DNA from: Paraspadella gotoi
Lineage: Eukaryota; Animalia; Chaetognatha
Assembly: GCA_051294375.1 (NCBI GenBank)
Contig: CM119270.1
Coordinates: 15,988,111 to 16,052,110, forward strand
DNA: 64,000 bases
Direction: 5' to 3'
The notes below the pieces were generated by a model. It was not told the DNA's origin and ran no database searches. It saw only the letters and a program-made list of their open reading frames with translations. Positions 11,920 to 22,299 of the stretch are shown piece after piece (position 1 is the first letter of the stretch; every line of letters begins with the position of its first letter). The position numbers and the translations under genes are program-made.

Positions 11920-13674
11920 TTAATAAATATTGATGCAGAGTCCCTGGAGCGGCTGAAACCTCTCCGCCAACCCCTCTTGCTCCATCGCCTCGTTCTTGCA
12001 CTTCAAGGGAGAGTCGCCGTTAAAGAGTCTCTTGAGCGCGACCCTTCCCGGCTCCGAAAGGGCGCCGTCTCCGTCGGGGTCACCTCCCTCTCCCCCTTCG
12101 CCCGAAACGCCCTCCTCCCGGCCGCGCGTTGTCACCCACGCCTCCGTTTCAGCCTCGGACGTTCCATGCTTCCGCTTCAGCTTAGTGCCGGACGACTGCC
12201 TCTTAGGCGCCGCATCGGTGGCTCTCGCCTCCGCAGAACCGACCCTCCTCTCGCCCAAGAATCTCCCCATGGCGTCGCGGCACTGCGCCAGGTTTTGCGG
12301 GTCCACACGGGTAATCTTCTCAAGCGTAATAGTGACCAGGCGCCAGTCCTCTACGCCGAACGCCTCCAGGTCGAGCGAGAGGAGGGAGATGGCCACCGTC
12401 GCCGGCCGGAACTGAAGGAATTGATGGCAGGCGACCACGCGCTGTGCCTTCCATGTCAGGCGCTCCAGGTGGCGCGAGGGAGTCAGGCCTAAGGAAGCGT
12501 CCTCCAGCAGCTGCGGTTGGTGACAAAGAACGAGAGTGTGAAGGATCTCTAGGAACTTGAGCGGAGTGGCCCGGTTGAGGTCCCAACGAAGATGGTCGAG
12601 AAGGAGGCGTTCGACGCTCGCTATTGCTGCCGGCGTCGCATCCACTTCGGCGACGGAAATCAAATCGGACGCGCGGGGCAGGTCAGCGTCCTCCTCGTTA
12701 AACTTGGCGCTCAAGTACAACGCTGTCAATGCCGTCAACTTTCGTGACGCCTTAACGGAAACGGCGCTGGTGACCTTGTTGGCGACAGCGTCGAAAACGG
12801 CCACGCCGACCGAGAGGGTCTCGGCGCTGAAGCCGAACTTGCGAAGGATCCAGGCCATCCAGTAGATCGATTCGTCTCGGTGGCGCCCTTCCGAAACAGC
12901 GCCGAATTTAATGGGGCGCCATGTCTCTTTCTCCTTGTCCAGAGCAGTCTGCAGACGGAGCAAGAGCGACTTGAACTGCGCGTCGGAAGAGGTGGCCACG
13001 CCCAGGTTGGAAATTCCTCGCAACGCCGTGCGGCTGGTCTGCCGAGATAACTTGGCCGACTGCGTCGGGTTGGACGAGCCGGATAGACTTCTCAGCTTGA
13101 CGCCTTCCTCGGGGACTGACCACTGCTGCTGCTGCGGCTGCAAAGTATTAGAATATAGCTGCTGAGTCATTTGCTGCTGCTGGGGCGGCTGTGGGCGGGC
13201 CGAGGAAGTGGCGACGATCTGCGCCCAGCTTTTAGATGGCGTGAGCGGGGAGATCGAACCCGGGGGTCCTCCGAGGGTGGTGATTCGAGGATGCTTCCGA
13301 GAAGCCAGCATCATGCGCGACGACGCCGGCAAAGGAATCGTCGGCTGCAGATACTGGCGCGTTTGCCGGCCCATCTGCTTCCAGTGCCGGCCTAGGATAG
13401 CTTCGTCGGTGACTCCTGTGGAGGAGGTTTTGATCCCCCTTAAGGTCGGCGGACGTTGGTCGAAAATTGGAATGGGCGGAGGCGTCGGGGAAGCGAGCCC
13501 CCTTCCGAACCGCGGCGCGATCGATGGCGGCGCGGCTGGGGTGCCGATTTTGGGCGCCAGAAAGCGAAGCGAAGGGTCGGGCATTGAGAAGCAGGGACGA
13601 GACCCAAGTCGCCGTGAAGTCGGCGTCAGGGTAGAGAGAAAAGCGACAAGGCTGGTATTGCTGTTGTTGTTCAT
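11920..13674 (-). CDS. CCNI: Cyclin I-like protein, 584 aa, intronless CDS
   Basis: Cyclin box HRDESIYWM...FGFSAETLSVGVAVFD...LYLSAKFNEED...VERLLLDHLRWDLNRATPLKFLEILH, and cyclin I-type second fold CHQFLQFRPATVAISLLSLDLE...DWRLVTITLEKITRVD...LAQCRD. Confidence 0.85.
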   Translation of the reverse strand: MNNNSNTSLVAFLSTLTPTSRRLGSRPCFSMPDPSLRFLAPKIGTPAAPPSIAPRFGRGLASPTPPPIPIFDQRPPTLRGIKTSSTGVTDEAILGRHWKQMGRQTRQYLQPTIPLPASSRMMLASRKHPRITTLGGPPGSISPLTPSKSWAQIVATSSARPQPPQQQQMTQQLYSNTLQPQQQQWSVPEEGVKLRSLSGSSNPTQSAKLSRQTSRTALRGISNLGVATSSDAQFKSLLLRLQTALDKEKETWRPIKFGAVSEGRHRDESIYWMAWILRKFGFSAETLSVGVAVFDAVANKVTSAVSVKASRKLTALTALYLSAKFNEEDADLPRASDLISVAEVDATPAAIASVERLLLDHLRWDLNRATPLKFLEILHTLVLCHQPQLLEDASLGLTPSRHLERLTWKAQRVVACHQFLQFRPATVAISLLSLDLEAFGVEDWRLVTITLEKITRVDPQNLAQCRDAMGRFLGERRVGSAEARATDAAPKRQSSGTKLKRKHGTSEAETEAWVTTRGREEGVSGEGGEGGDPDGDGALSEPGRVALKRLFNGDSPLKCKNEAMEQEGLAERFQPLQGLCINIY

Positions 13675-14167
13675 AGGCGGTCGACGATGAGGAAGCGATC
13701 GGCAGAGACGAAGCGGTGGTGGTCGTTGGCTTGAAGAGGCGCCGACTGGGTCTTGGTGAGATTACGATAGTTTCCCTCGTCGTATTCGTTAAAGTCTTCG
13801 TCGTCGCTGTCGTCGTATTGGTTATGTCAAGATCGTCTTGATTTGAGGGGGTCTTCTTTAGATTCCATTTTAATTAGATTTTTTATATTATTTTTGTGGG
13901 TTTTTTTTTTACTTTTTATTTTTTTTTTGCTAAAGTTTTTTATTTTTTTTCGATGACTTTTTTTAAAATAGTCTCTTGCTTTAATTCGTGGCGGCAGAGA
14001 GTGCTGTCAACTAGGTTGTATGCACTTCCGACTCGCCTTTCTCTTGGGGGGACTCTTCGAGGACCGAGCCACCACCACCGCCAACCTGGAAATAAGGAAA
14101 AAGAAGACAAATATTCAAAATATGTACCACAATGCACAAAAATTTTACATATAACATAATATAACGG

Positions 14168-14265
14168 GACTGTGAGAGAGTCTTGATTGAAAGTCATTAT
14201 CTGTAAGAGTGATGGAGGCCTTAAACCACCAAAGCCTGTCAAAGTCAGGGGCAAGATAGCTTATT
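14168..14265 (-). repeat. Dispersed repeat family A, copy 1
   Basis: Shares gactgtgagagagtcttga.tgaaag and ccttaaaccacc.aagcctgtc.aaagtcaggggcaagatagcttatt with 16292-16433. Confidence 0.8.
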
Positions 14266-14343
14266 GTGCCCTCATTATTTCAACAAAGGCATTTAAAATA
14301 GTCAATGTAACCCAACCCACAACCACAGAAAAATCATACTCAC

Positions 14344-14495
14344 CGCAAGATGGAACTGGGAGGCGTGGCGATTCTCCTTCACCCGAAACAGGTGGAACTT
14401 CGGGGTTGGTCCGGTCAACGCCGCTGCTTCAGTTGCGGGCCCCATCAATGAAGAATGGAAGCTAACAATCCATCGTGAAAATAGGATCAGAAAAT
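14344..14495 (-). other. Probable non-coding 5'UTR exon of the cyclin I gene
   Basis: Long polypyrimidine tract plus CAG acceptor at about 14496, GTGAGT donor at 14343, next acceptor TTTCCAG at about 14086. Contains short uORFs. Confidence 0.5.
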
Positions 14496-15900
14496 CTGAG
14501 AGATGGAGAAGAGAAAGAGAAAAAGAGAGAGTGAGGAAGAGGAGAAAAAGAAGAGAGAAGAGAGAAAGAGAAAGGGAATTGAATTAATCTTTTTTCCCCC
14601 TTTCGGAAATTTTTTCTATGAATTAGGTAATTATTGCGAACAAAGTAACATGCAATTTGTTTTAACTATCGATGATTAAAAGTAACAGCTTTATGATGAT
14701 GTAGTTCAATGATAGTTAGGATTGATGGGGAGGCCGGGGGAATGAGGGGAAAAATGATAATTGACTGTTTTGTTCTTGAGGCATTTTAAAGTAAAGGAAA
14801 GTCTAATAGTTGTATAATTTTTAAATATTCGCTTTACTATTAAACCGCGTAAATGATTGTAAATCTATGCTGGTAATATTTGTATGTAAATACATTATGC
14901 GACAATCATCTTAGGGGAATTAATTTACAGGATCCAGAAGACAAGAATAAAACATTCATTACCAACAACCCCTTTTCTACGTTAATTGAATTCTAAAGAA
15001 TCGCTTTCTGAAAGACAGCAAAGAAAAAAGAACAGGATAACGTGAGCCAGCACAAAAAACTACGTCTAAAGGAAAAAGCGTCTTTCAAAAAACTCGGTTT
15101 AAATGCACAACAACGTTATTTATAAAACGAAAAAAATTTGATTAAAACAAATTGGGATTCTTTTTTGAGTATTGCCCAATCAACGTGTACGAATCTAATC
15201 GATCTAAGCCAACAACGAAAAAGACGTGAAAAAAACGTCACAAATATTTTTTTTTCCAGTAAATGACTTTTACGATAATACATCGTGAAATAATAAATAT
15301 GAGAAGAGAATAAACGGGTTCCCTTTTGAGCGTAACAACCTCAGAAATGAGGTAACAAAAGTTTGTTTATACGATTCTAGTTTTGCGCATAATATTTAAT
15401 AATCCAAGGACGGCATAACGGAGATGAAAAGCAAAAAAGGGAAATAAATATTTTCAACCAATAAAAATCTATATCGAAAATCTTGACAAATTTTAGAAAA
15501 CATTTTTTTAAAAAAAGAAAAGAAACGGCGAGGGAACGGGATTGCAACGGTGTTTACAATTTGTTTTTAGATAATGTGTGATCATTGTATGTTTTGCAAT
15601 AAATAACAAAACGAAAAACTATTTTTGGTGTAACATCGAGGTCCGTCCAGCGAACGGGTCAACCTCTTTTTCAAAACTTTTTTTTTATTTTGAACGAGCG
15701 AGAAAAAAAAAGCCGACTTACGTTTTACCAACATTTGAAAGCCAACCCCCCCTTCCGGCAAAAATCCCCACCCCTAATATGACTAGTAATGAAGACGATA
15801 TCCATGAGTATTTGATGACGGTAATGGCAGAAGCGGTTTTTAGGTCAGAGTTGGCGCGGCATCGTGTGTAGTTTCAGTTCTAACGATTTTTGTCTTTTGT

Positions 15901-18900
15901 TTATAGTTTTTTGCAGATTTTCTTGCATGCGTGATGAAGTAGGACGTCAAGTAGTTCCAGGCTGAAAAACAAAACGGAGAGTGGGAGGAGGGGAACTTAA
16001 ATGTCATGATGAAAATTGAAAAATATCCATCGCACGGTCTTTTGCCCAAAAGAGACGCCGGATTAAACCAGTTTTCCATCAATTCAAAATCAAGATTTAA
16101 ATGCCGGCGAGCAGACTCTAAATTCGATCGGGGTTATTCGGACAAAGAGCATTTCGTTCTAAATCAATTGAGGTAACTTCTGGGCCTCTCATTGAACTTC
16201 TTTCTCCCACTAAGTCAAATCTCATACATACACGTCATCTAACCAGTCTAGTTGAACTTCTGACATCCAACCATTAAACTTTAAAACCAATATTGATAGG
16301 GAAGCCAGGTACTCTGGGAGTGAATAAATGAGACTGTGAGAGAGTCTTGAGTGAAAGCTTGCAGGGACTTGCTGTCATTATCTTGCCTTAAACCACCTAA
16401 GCCTGTCCAAAGTCAGGGGCAAGATAGCTTATTTATTAAAAGAATGGATAATTTTTATGTTGGTTGTACCAATTTCATTAAAACTTTCACCAACCTCGTA
16501 AGGACGGAGGCACCGCAGAGCAAGGCCAAGGCGCCTCCGATGTCGCAAAGAAGTGAGTAAATGTCGTAGGTGGGACGGTGGACGATGATTTGACGCCCGT
16601 CTTGAGCGAAGGACATCTCCAGCAGGAGCAGATTCTCGCGGATGAAAGCCTCCGAGTCTTCGTCCACGATCGTCTGAGGCTCTGATGGAGAAAAACATGG
16701 AAAAAAGTGACAACGACTTTTTTTTTTCGGTAGAATAATTAACGAACTTACCCGGCTGCATTCGCACCGATTGCCCGACACTAGGGGTGCCGTGCCCGCG
16801 CGGTCCGGCGATTCCTTCTTCGACCCGAGTCACAGAAACGGGTGATGGGGCGAAGGGCTTAAGATCATCCTTCAGTGTCTGAAGGTCCTCGGCCAGTTGC
16901 CCGTCAACTCCCTGCATCTTGATCAGGAAATTGTTGGCGCTTTTGAACATCTCGTCCATTCGGGCGTCCACCTGTTGCAAAGTTTTTGATCGTCGATGAA
17001 ATATAGAAAAATGATTACATCTCAGTTATTTTATAGACAGAACATTTTAGTTGCACTCGCCTGCGCTCTGACTTTGGACATGGTTAGGTTGGCGACGGAA
17101 GAGTTCATGTGTTGGTAGTACGTCTTCGAATTGGACTGAGTCAAGATGACCGTCCAGAACGCGAGGTAGGCTTCGGAGATTCGATGCCATTGATCCTAAA
17201 ATCAAGGGAAAAAATGGTAATTAACAAAGATTGACTCAATTGATTTCCAAGCTTTATTATAACGGGATGGCAACAGCCGGGTGGCCTGTGATGCCCATTG
17301 GGATGGGGCATCTCATTGTTGGCTTTGAGGACTTCCGACCCTCAGTGACGCCTCCGGTCACTGACGCGGTTACCCTAGGACGTTCTCGCTGTGCCAACGC
17401 AGAGGGAAGTCGTTAGGACTGTGTTTCCCCTCTGAGCCAATGGGATTGGCTGAACGATGATGGGTGCGAGGCGGTGTGAATATACCGCCACAACCGAGTT
17501 ATTTGATTACGACTGAACAACTCGCAAATAAGCGATCAGCGGACCTTTAGGTAGTTGTGCTGCACCCTGGTTTCGGCCATGAAAACGGCGATCTCCCGTT
17601 CGACTACCCTCATTCTCGGCGACCGGAAGAACTGGGCCAACTCTCGCCTCGATCGGGACCGGTCCATGTAAAAGTTTTCCAATAGCCACTTTCCCTGCTT
17701 CAGAGAGGGGAGGGCATCCTCGAGGATGGCTTCCACCGCCGCGCGCTGAGCCTACAAGATGTTATAAGGGATTTTGACTCTTTCTGAATTGCAAACCAGA
17801 GGCGCTGCTCTGCGATGCTCACCTGTAGGTGGGTGAACAACTCCTCCATTTTCGTGTGACCTTCGTTGTATCTTTGATCGAGCAATTCCTTTTGTTTTGT
17901 GATCGTGTCGCCGCGAGTGTAGTATTCGAATGACAGAAGAAGATTCTGTGTATAAAAAAGGGAACTAAGTATTTCGTATTTTGGGCAATTCGATTCTGCA
18001 TTCAATTCTCAATAATTTTCACATCCAGCCCTCCTATCGCCCACTGTGAGCCCCACCTTATAGCTGACATATCGCCTGGCGCCCAGATCGAAATTCCTCT
18101 TGGCCGCGTCCAGTTGGTCCTCCGGAACGACGTTGGACTGGAAGACGTTCCGGGATACGTTGACGAGGCTCTCGATGGCCTTGATGTAAGTGTTGAGGTT
18201 GTCGATGGCGTATTTGAGTTTCCACTTAGAGGACTCCCGGGTGATAAAGCCCTTGGGCATCGCCGCCAGCATAGTTTCGTTGAGGGGAACCCATCTGAGA
18301 TGATCGGGAGAAGAGGGGTGAAAAGGTGAACTGCTAACAAATTTTAAAAAGAGAAGGATTGAGTCAATTTAAACCAACCTGTAGCAGGGTTCCTCCTTCC
18401 TGAAGCACTCGTCGAGGTAGTTGAGGGCCTCGCGGCCCCTGACGGCGACGTCCTTGTGCGCCTCCAGGTCCGTGAGGATGACGTCCTTGAGAACTCGTCG
18501 GTACTCGCGCTCCTCTTGTGCCACAGTCACCATTTGGCGCAGGCGGTGTTCAAAGGAAGAGATGACCAGATTGTAGCCCAGTGCTATCTGGCTGAGAACA
18601 CGGGCATCCCGGTCTTGGACCTGTCGAGGAGACAACAGAGTTAAAAGAAGTTATTTTTGATTAAAAACCTTACTCATTATTTACCTCTCGTTTGAAGAAC
18701 CATTCGTAAATTATGACCATGGCTTCCAACAGGTAGTTGTGTTCCTTGTACCGTTTGTTCATTTCCTCCCTCATGTGGACGAGGTGGCTCTCAACACCTT
18801 GAATCATGAGCGGGAACGACTGCGACACCAAGTTCTCGAAGGCCACAGTCGAACTCATCACTTTGTCCATAACTTGGTGGTCTCTGCATATGAAGAGAAG

Positions 18901-21900
18901 GGAGTTTGGTTTATTTGATTTAATGTCGGCAAAATTGGATAAAAAAATGAAGAAAGTAAAGAATGATAACAGAAGTGGGACAAACCTCGCATCCTGACTT
19001 TCGAAGTCTGAATTACCTGGCGATCTGTCGCCTATTGACCCTCGATCGAATCTCGTCGGCCTTGAGCGCCTTCCTCCTCAGCCTGACGAGAATAGGGTCG
19101 CCGACAACGGCGCCGCCTTCGATCGACGCTGGGCCGGCACCGCGCGGTCCCGAAGACGAGGACGCGGCTTCTGTGGCGTCGAGCAGAGCCGCGACGCCGT
19201 CCGCGTGGAGATGGGACACGGACAGTTCGGGAACGAAGTTGTTCTGGCGGCAAGCGAGGGGACAGTCGCAGAGGTCGTGACGGTCGACCTCTCGAGCGGC
19301 GACGTCGACGCACTTTTCGAAGTAGCGCTGCCAGACGGTGCAGACTTTGCTGGGGGACCTGCCGCCGCCCGCGCTGAGATCCATGTACGCGTCCATGCAG
19401 CCGCATTTTTGTTGGGCGTAGTAGGACCTTTTTTTTTTAAGACAAAAATTGCTTAGAAATGTAAGTAATTGTTTTACACAATTTAATATTTAAATTAATT
19501 TAAACTTAAAAAAATTCTATTACTAAATCATTATTTTTACCGGCATTGCAACTTGCATTGACTCAAACTCAGGTAAGAGTCAGGGGTGCAGTTTCCGAAG
19601 GGATAAGGAAGGCGTTCGACGTATTGCGACGTCAAGGCAACCTACAATGAGATCACAGTAGAATGAGTTTGACTAGGAAAACAGGATTTTTGAAGAGTAA
19701 TTTTAATAATATATGTACAAAAACAACAAAATTTGCGGATTTAAAAAACTCTTTCATCTTTAAACAATTCTTTCATCTTTCTTCAGATTTCTATTTAAAA
19801 AAAAAAAATTCAGACCGAGTGTCAGTGGTTAATAAAAAAATACTTGTGGTTTCCATTTTTCCTTATTTCGTGCCTTGATTAATCCAAGCCGACAAACCTT
19901 TACCACGGTCAGGACATTGGGTATTAGGGTGGAGTGATGAAAAGATTGAGTGATTGAACATTATTTTTTTGCTGCCTATGGACATGTAATTAATGAATTT
20001 TAAATCTTTTTAAAAATCTTTTTAACAACAGTATAGTAACTTAAATTATTTATGTAGTAATATCCTTATAAAATCGTTAAATTTTAAAAATTTTTATTTT
20101 TATTTTTAAGAACAGATTTGGATTCGCCATATAAAATTAAAAAACTTTTATGAAAAATCTAAAACGTTTTAACATATATAAGTTTCTACTAAAGAGAATA
20201 AAAAAGTTATAAATTTTCACATTTTCCCCCCCGTTTTAAATGATGTAGATGACAGAATTTTTGATAACATTTTCTATTTTTGATTCAAATTTTTATAAAA
20301 AATCGGAATTTTTAATAAAAGTTTTAAAAAAATTATTTTTAAAATTTACTATTTTATAATAATATTATTAAAAATATTTTATATTTTATTTTTATGTTCC
20401 AAAAACAATATGAAAAAATATTTTTTGTACTAGTTAATCATACTATCTCACATCTAAATATCCTTGTTCGATCATTGAAATATTTTTTTTTGTTCTTGAG
20501 TGCTCCACTCTATTGGGCATATGCAATGACCTGGTCGCAGGGGATTTCCTCTCACTCATACAGGCTTTTTTCTTTTCGTCTCCCAAACCTTAGCGTGGGT
20601 TCCCGGCGTGACGAGAAATCCCTTCCCGACAAAGTTCGTCTCCGCGGCGTCGTGGACGATGACTTTGACGCCGGTGGCAAACTGGCCGTTTCCGGCGGCG
20701 CCGGCGCGAGTGTACTCGTACTTTTCGGCGTTGAGGACGAGGCGGAGGGCGTGATTCTCTCCAGTGCCATTAACGCGGCGGCGCCCGTCCCAGTTGTACG
20801 TGTAGCAGATGCCGGACTCGGTGAAGACGGTTTTGAAGTCGGTGGAGAGTTGGCAGGGTCGACCGTCGAGGCGGCAACCGAGCACCAGGTCGGCGAGCTC
20901 GTGGCCGACGCGCCGGTGCAGCTCGCGGACCGTAAGGGCGGAAGCGTTGTTCTTAAGCCGCGTCGGCGGCTCATAAAACGGAAAGCGTTCGAAAGACGAT
21001 CCGCCAGTCAAGGTCGTCAGAAGATCGTACAGATCGTGATCCGCCGCGGCGGTGATGCGGAAAGCTGGAACAAGAAAAATTATATAGAGTAAAAGGTCTC
21101 AATTTATATTAGGGAATGTATTAAATAGTAAATTCATTTTTTAACAGGCCACACTTGCCAGAAGTATTCACTCACCACTGACACATTCCCTTCGTGTCCA
21201 ATTCACTCACCGTTTTGATTACAAAGCGTGACGCTCGGGAAGTGAGTCTTCCCTGTCGCCAGAGAGGCCGAGTCGTAAATTATGCTAACGGAAACGGGCC
21301 AAGAAAAGAAGTAGACGAGACGATTGTGAGAAATGAAAGCGAGAAGCGCGGTAGCACCCAGGACGAGGACGAACCAGAAGAATCTGGTGGGCCGCCCGTC
21401 CAGGACAGAGAAGGAAAGGAAGAACCAATGAATAAGGACCAAAAAAATGATAGAAAATGAAAAAAAGGAAAGAAAAGGAAAAAAGAGTGAAATGAAGGGA
21501 GAAAATAAAATGCACGGATCGACGATGCGACGGGAGAGGAGAATCCGGTGGAAGGAAAAAGCGATCGGTGGAAAGAAGAAAGACGGCTCGACGGAGTGCG
21601 ACCGAGCGTAAAAACGGTACAGTGACAGCGTGATAGCGTGAAATGAAAAGAGGAAAAGGGGTGAAATGAGAAAATAAATGAAAGGTTTTTAGTAAAACCG
21701 AACCTGACAAAAAGCAGTTAGTGGCGAAGAAATAGTTTTAACAGCTTGTACAAACCGCAAATTTATAGCACCGCTTCCCCGCTCACCTTCGGATGGAGAA
21801 AGGGGTGGGTTCGCAGATGAACTTCAAGCCGTGCCAAGTGGAATACTGGCTACATTCGAAGAGCGCCTTGCCCCAAGTCTCGCTCTCTTCCCCCTCGATG

Positions 21901-22299
21901 TTGTCGAGGGGCTGGTGGTAGTGGCCTTCGCCGTTGCCTATGCTCAGACGAGGACCTGGATACAGAAAAAATACCAATACGTAGTCAGTCCGACGCAGCC
22001 TCCCTGAACACCCGGCATCACCCCAAAAAAGAAAAAAATACCGGTAGCACGCTCCAGAAACTTGGCGCTTCTCATGGTGCCGAAGACCTGACTGTCGGGA
22101 TCGTCCCTGATTTCGAAGCGCGACAGTTCGGAGGGGTGACTGTCGAAGGGATGAATTGTCGAATAGTCGCCCGCGTCGCTGTCCCGCCGACCGTAAAGCT
22201 GAGAGAGAGAGGAATGGAGAGTCAAGCAACCCGTCAGTAAGCCTGAATTTAAAAAAGAATGGCATTCCATCAACTGGGAAAGTAAAATACCTGAGCCAT
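15901..22299 (-). CDS. DEG/ENaC (ASIC-superfamily) sodium channel subunit with very large extracellular insertion
   Basis: STWHGL (HG motif), TM1 RFFWFVLVLG, FPSVTLCNQN, GHELADLVLGC...CYTYN, GVKVIVH, Cys-rich thumb (PYPFGNC, CKLQC, KCGC, CDCPLAC), RENLLLLEMSF, TM2 LLCDIGGALALLCGASVLT|SLELLD. Last exon 15961-15901 ends HHACKKICKKL*. The start (9 nt exon ATGGCTCAG, 22299-22291) is tentative. Confidence 0.9.
16292..16433 (-). repeat. Dispersed repeat family A, copy 2 (last intron of the channel gene)
   Basis: Aligns with 14168-14265 and with the reverse complement of 59589-59726. Confidence 0.8.
17266..17492 (-). mobile_element. Solo-LTR-like element, diverged sister of 5137-5383
   Basis: Minus strand begins TGTGGCGG and ends TTGCCATC; flanks ACGG/ACCG (one mismatch). 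Colinear shared blocks cgcctc, tcccattggct, cagtgac..gtcactg, gagatgcc..ggcatcaca, ctgttgccat. Confidence 0.6.

Noticed and set aside
11890-13690. Plus-strand ORFs of 100-200 aa overlapping cyclin I
   Set aside because: Antisense shadows of a GC-rich CDS; the same applies to 20394-21092 and 25514-25954.
14344-14495. Exon reading DFLILFSRW as the end of channel TM2
   Set aside because: Phase does not fit; exon 15961-15901 (SLELLDVLL) completes TM2 in the correct phase.
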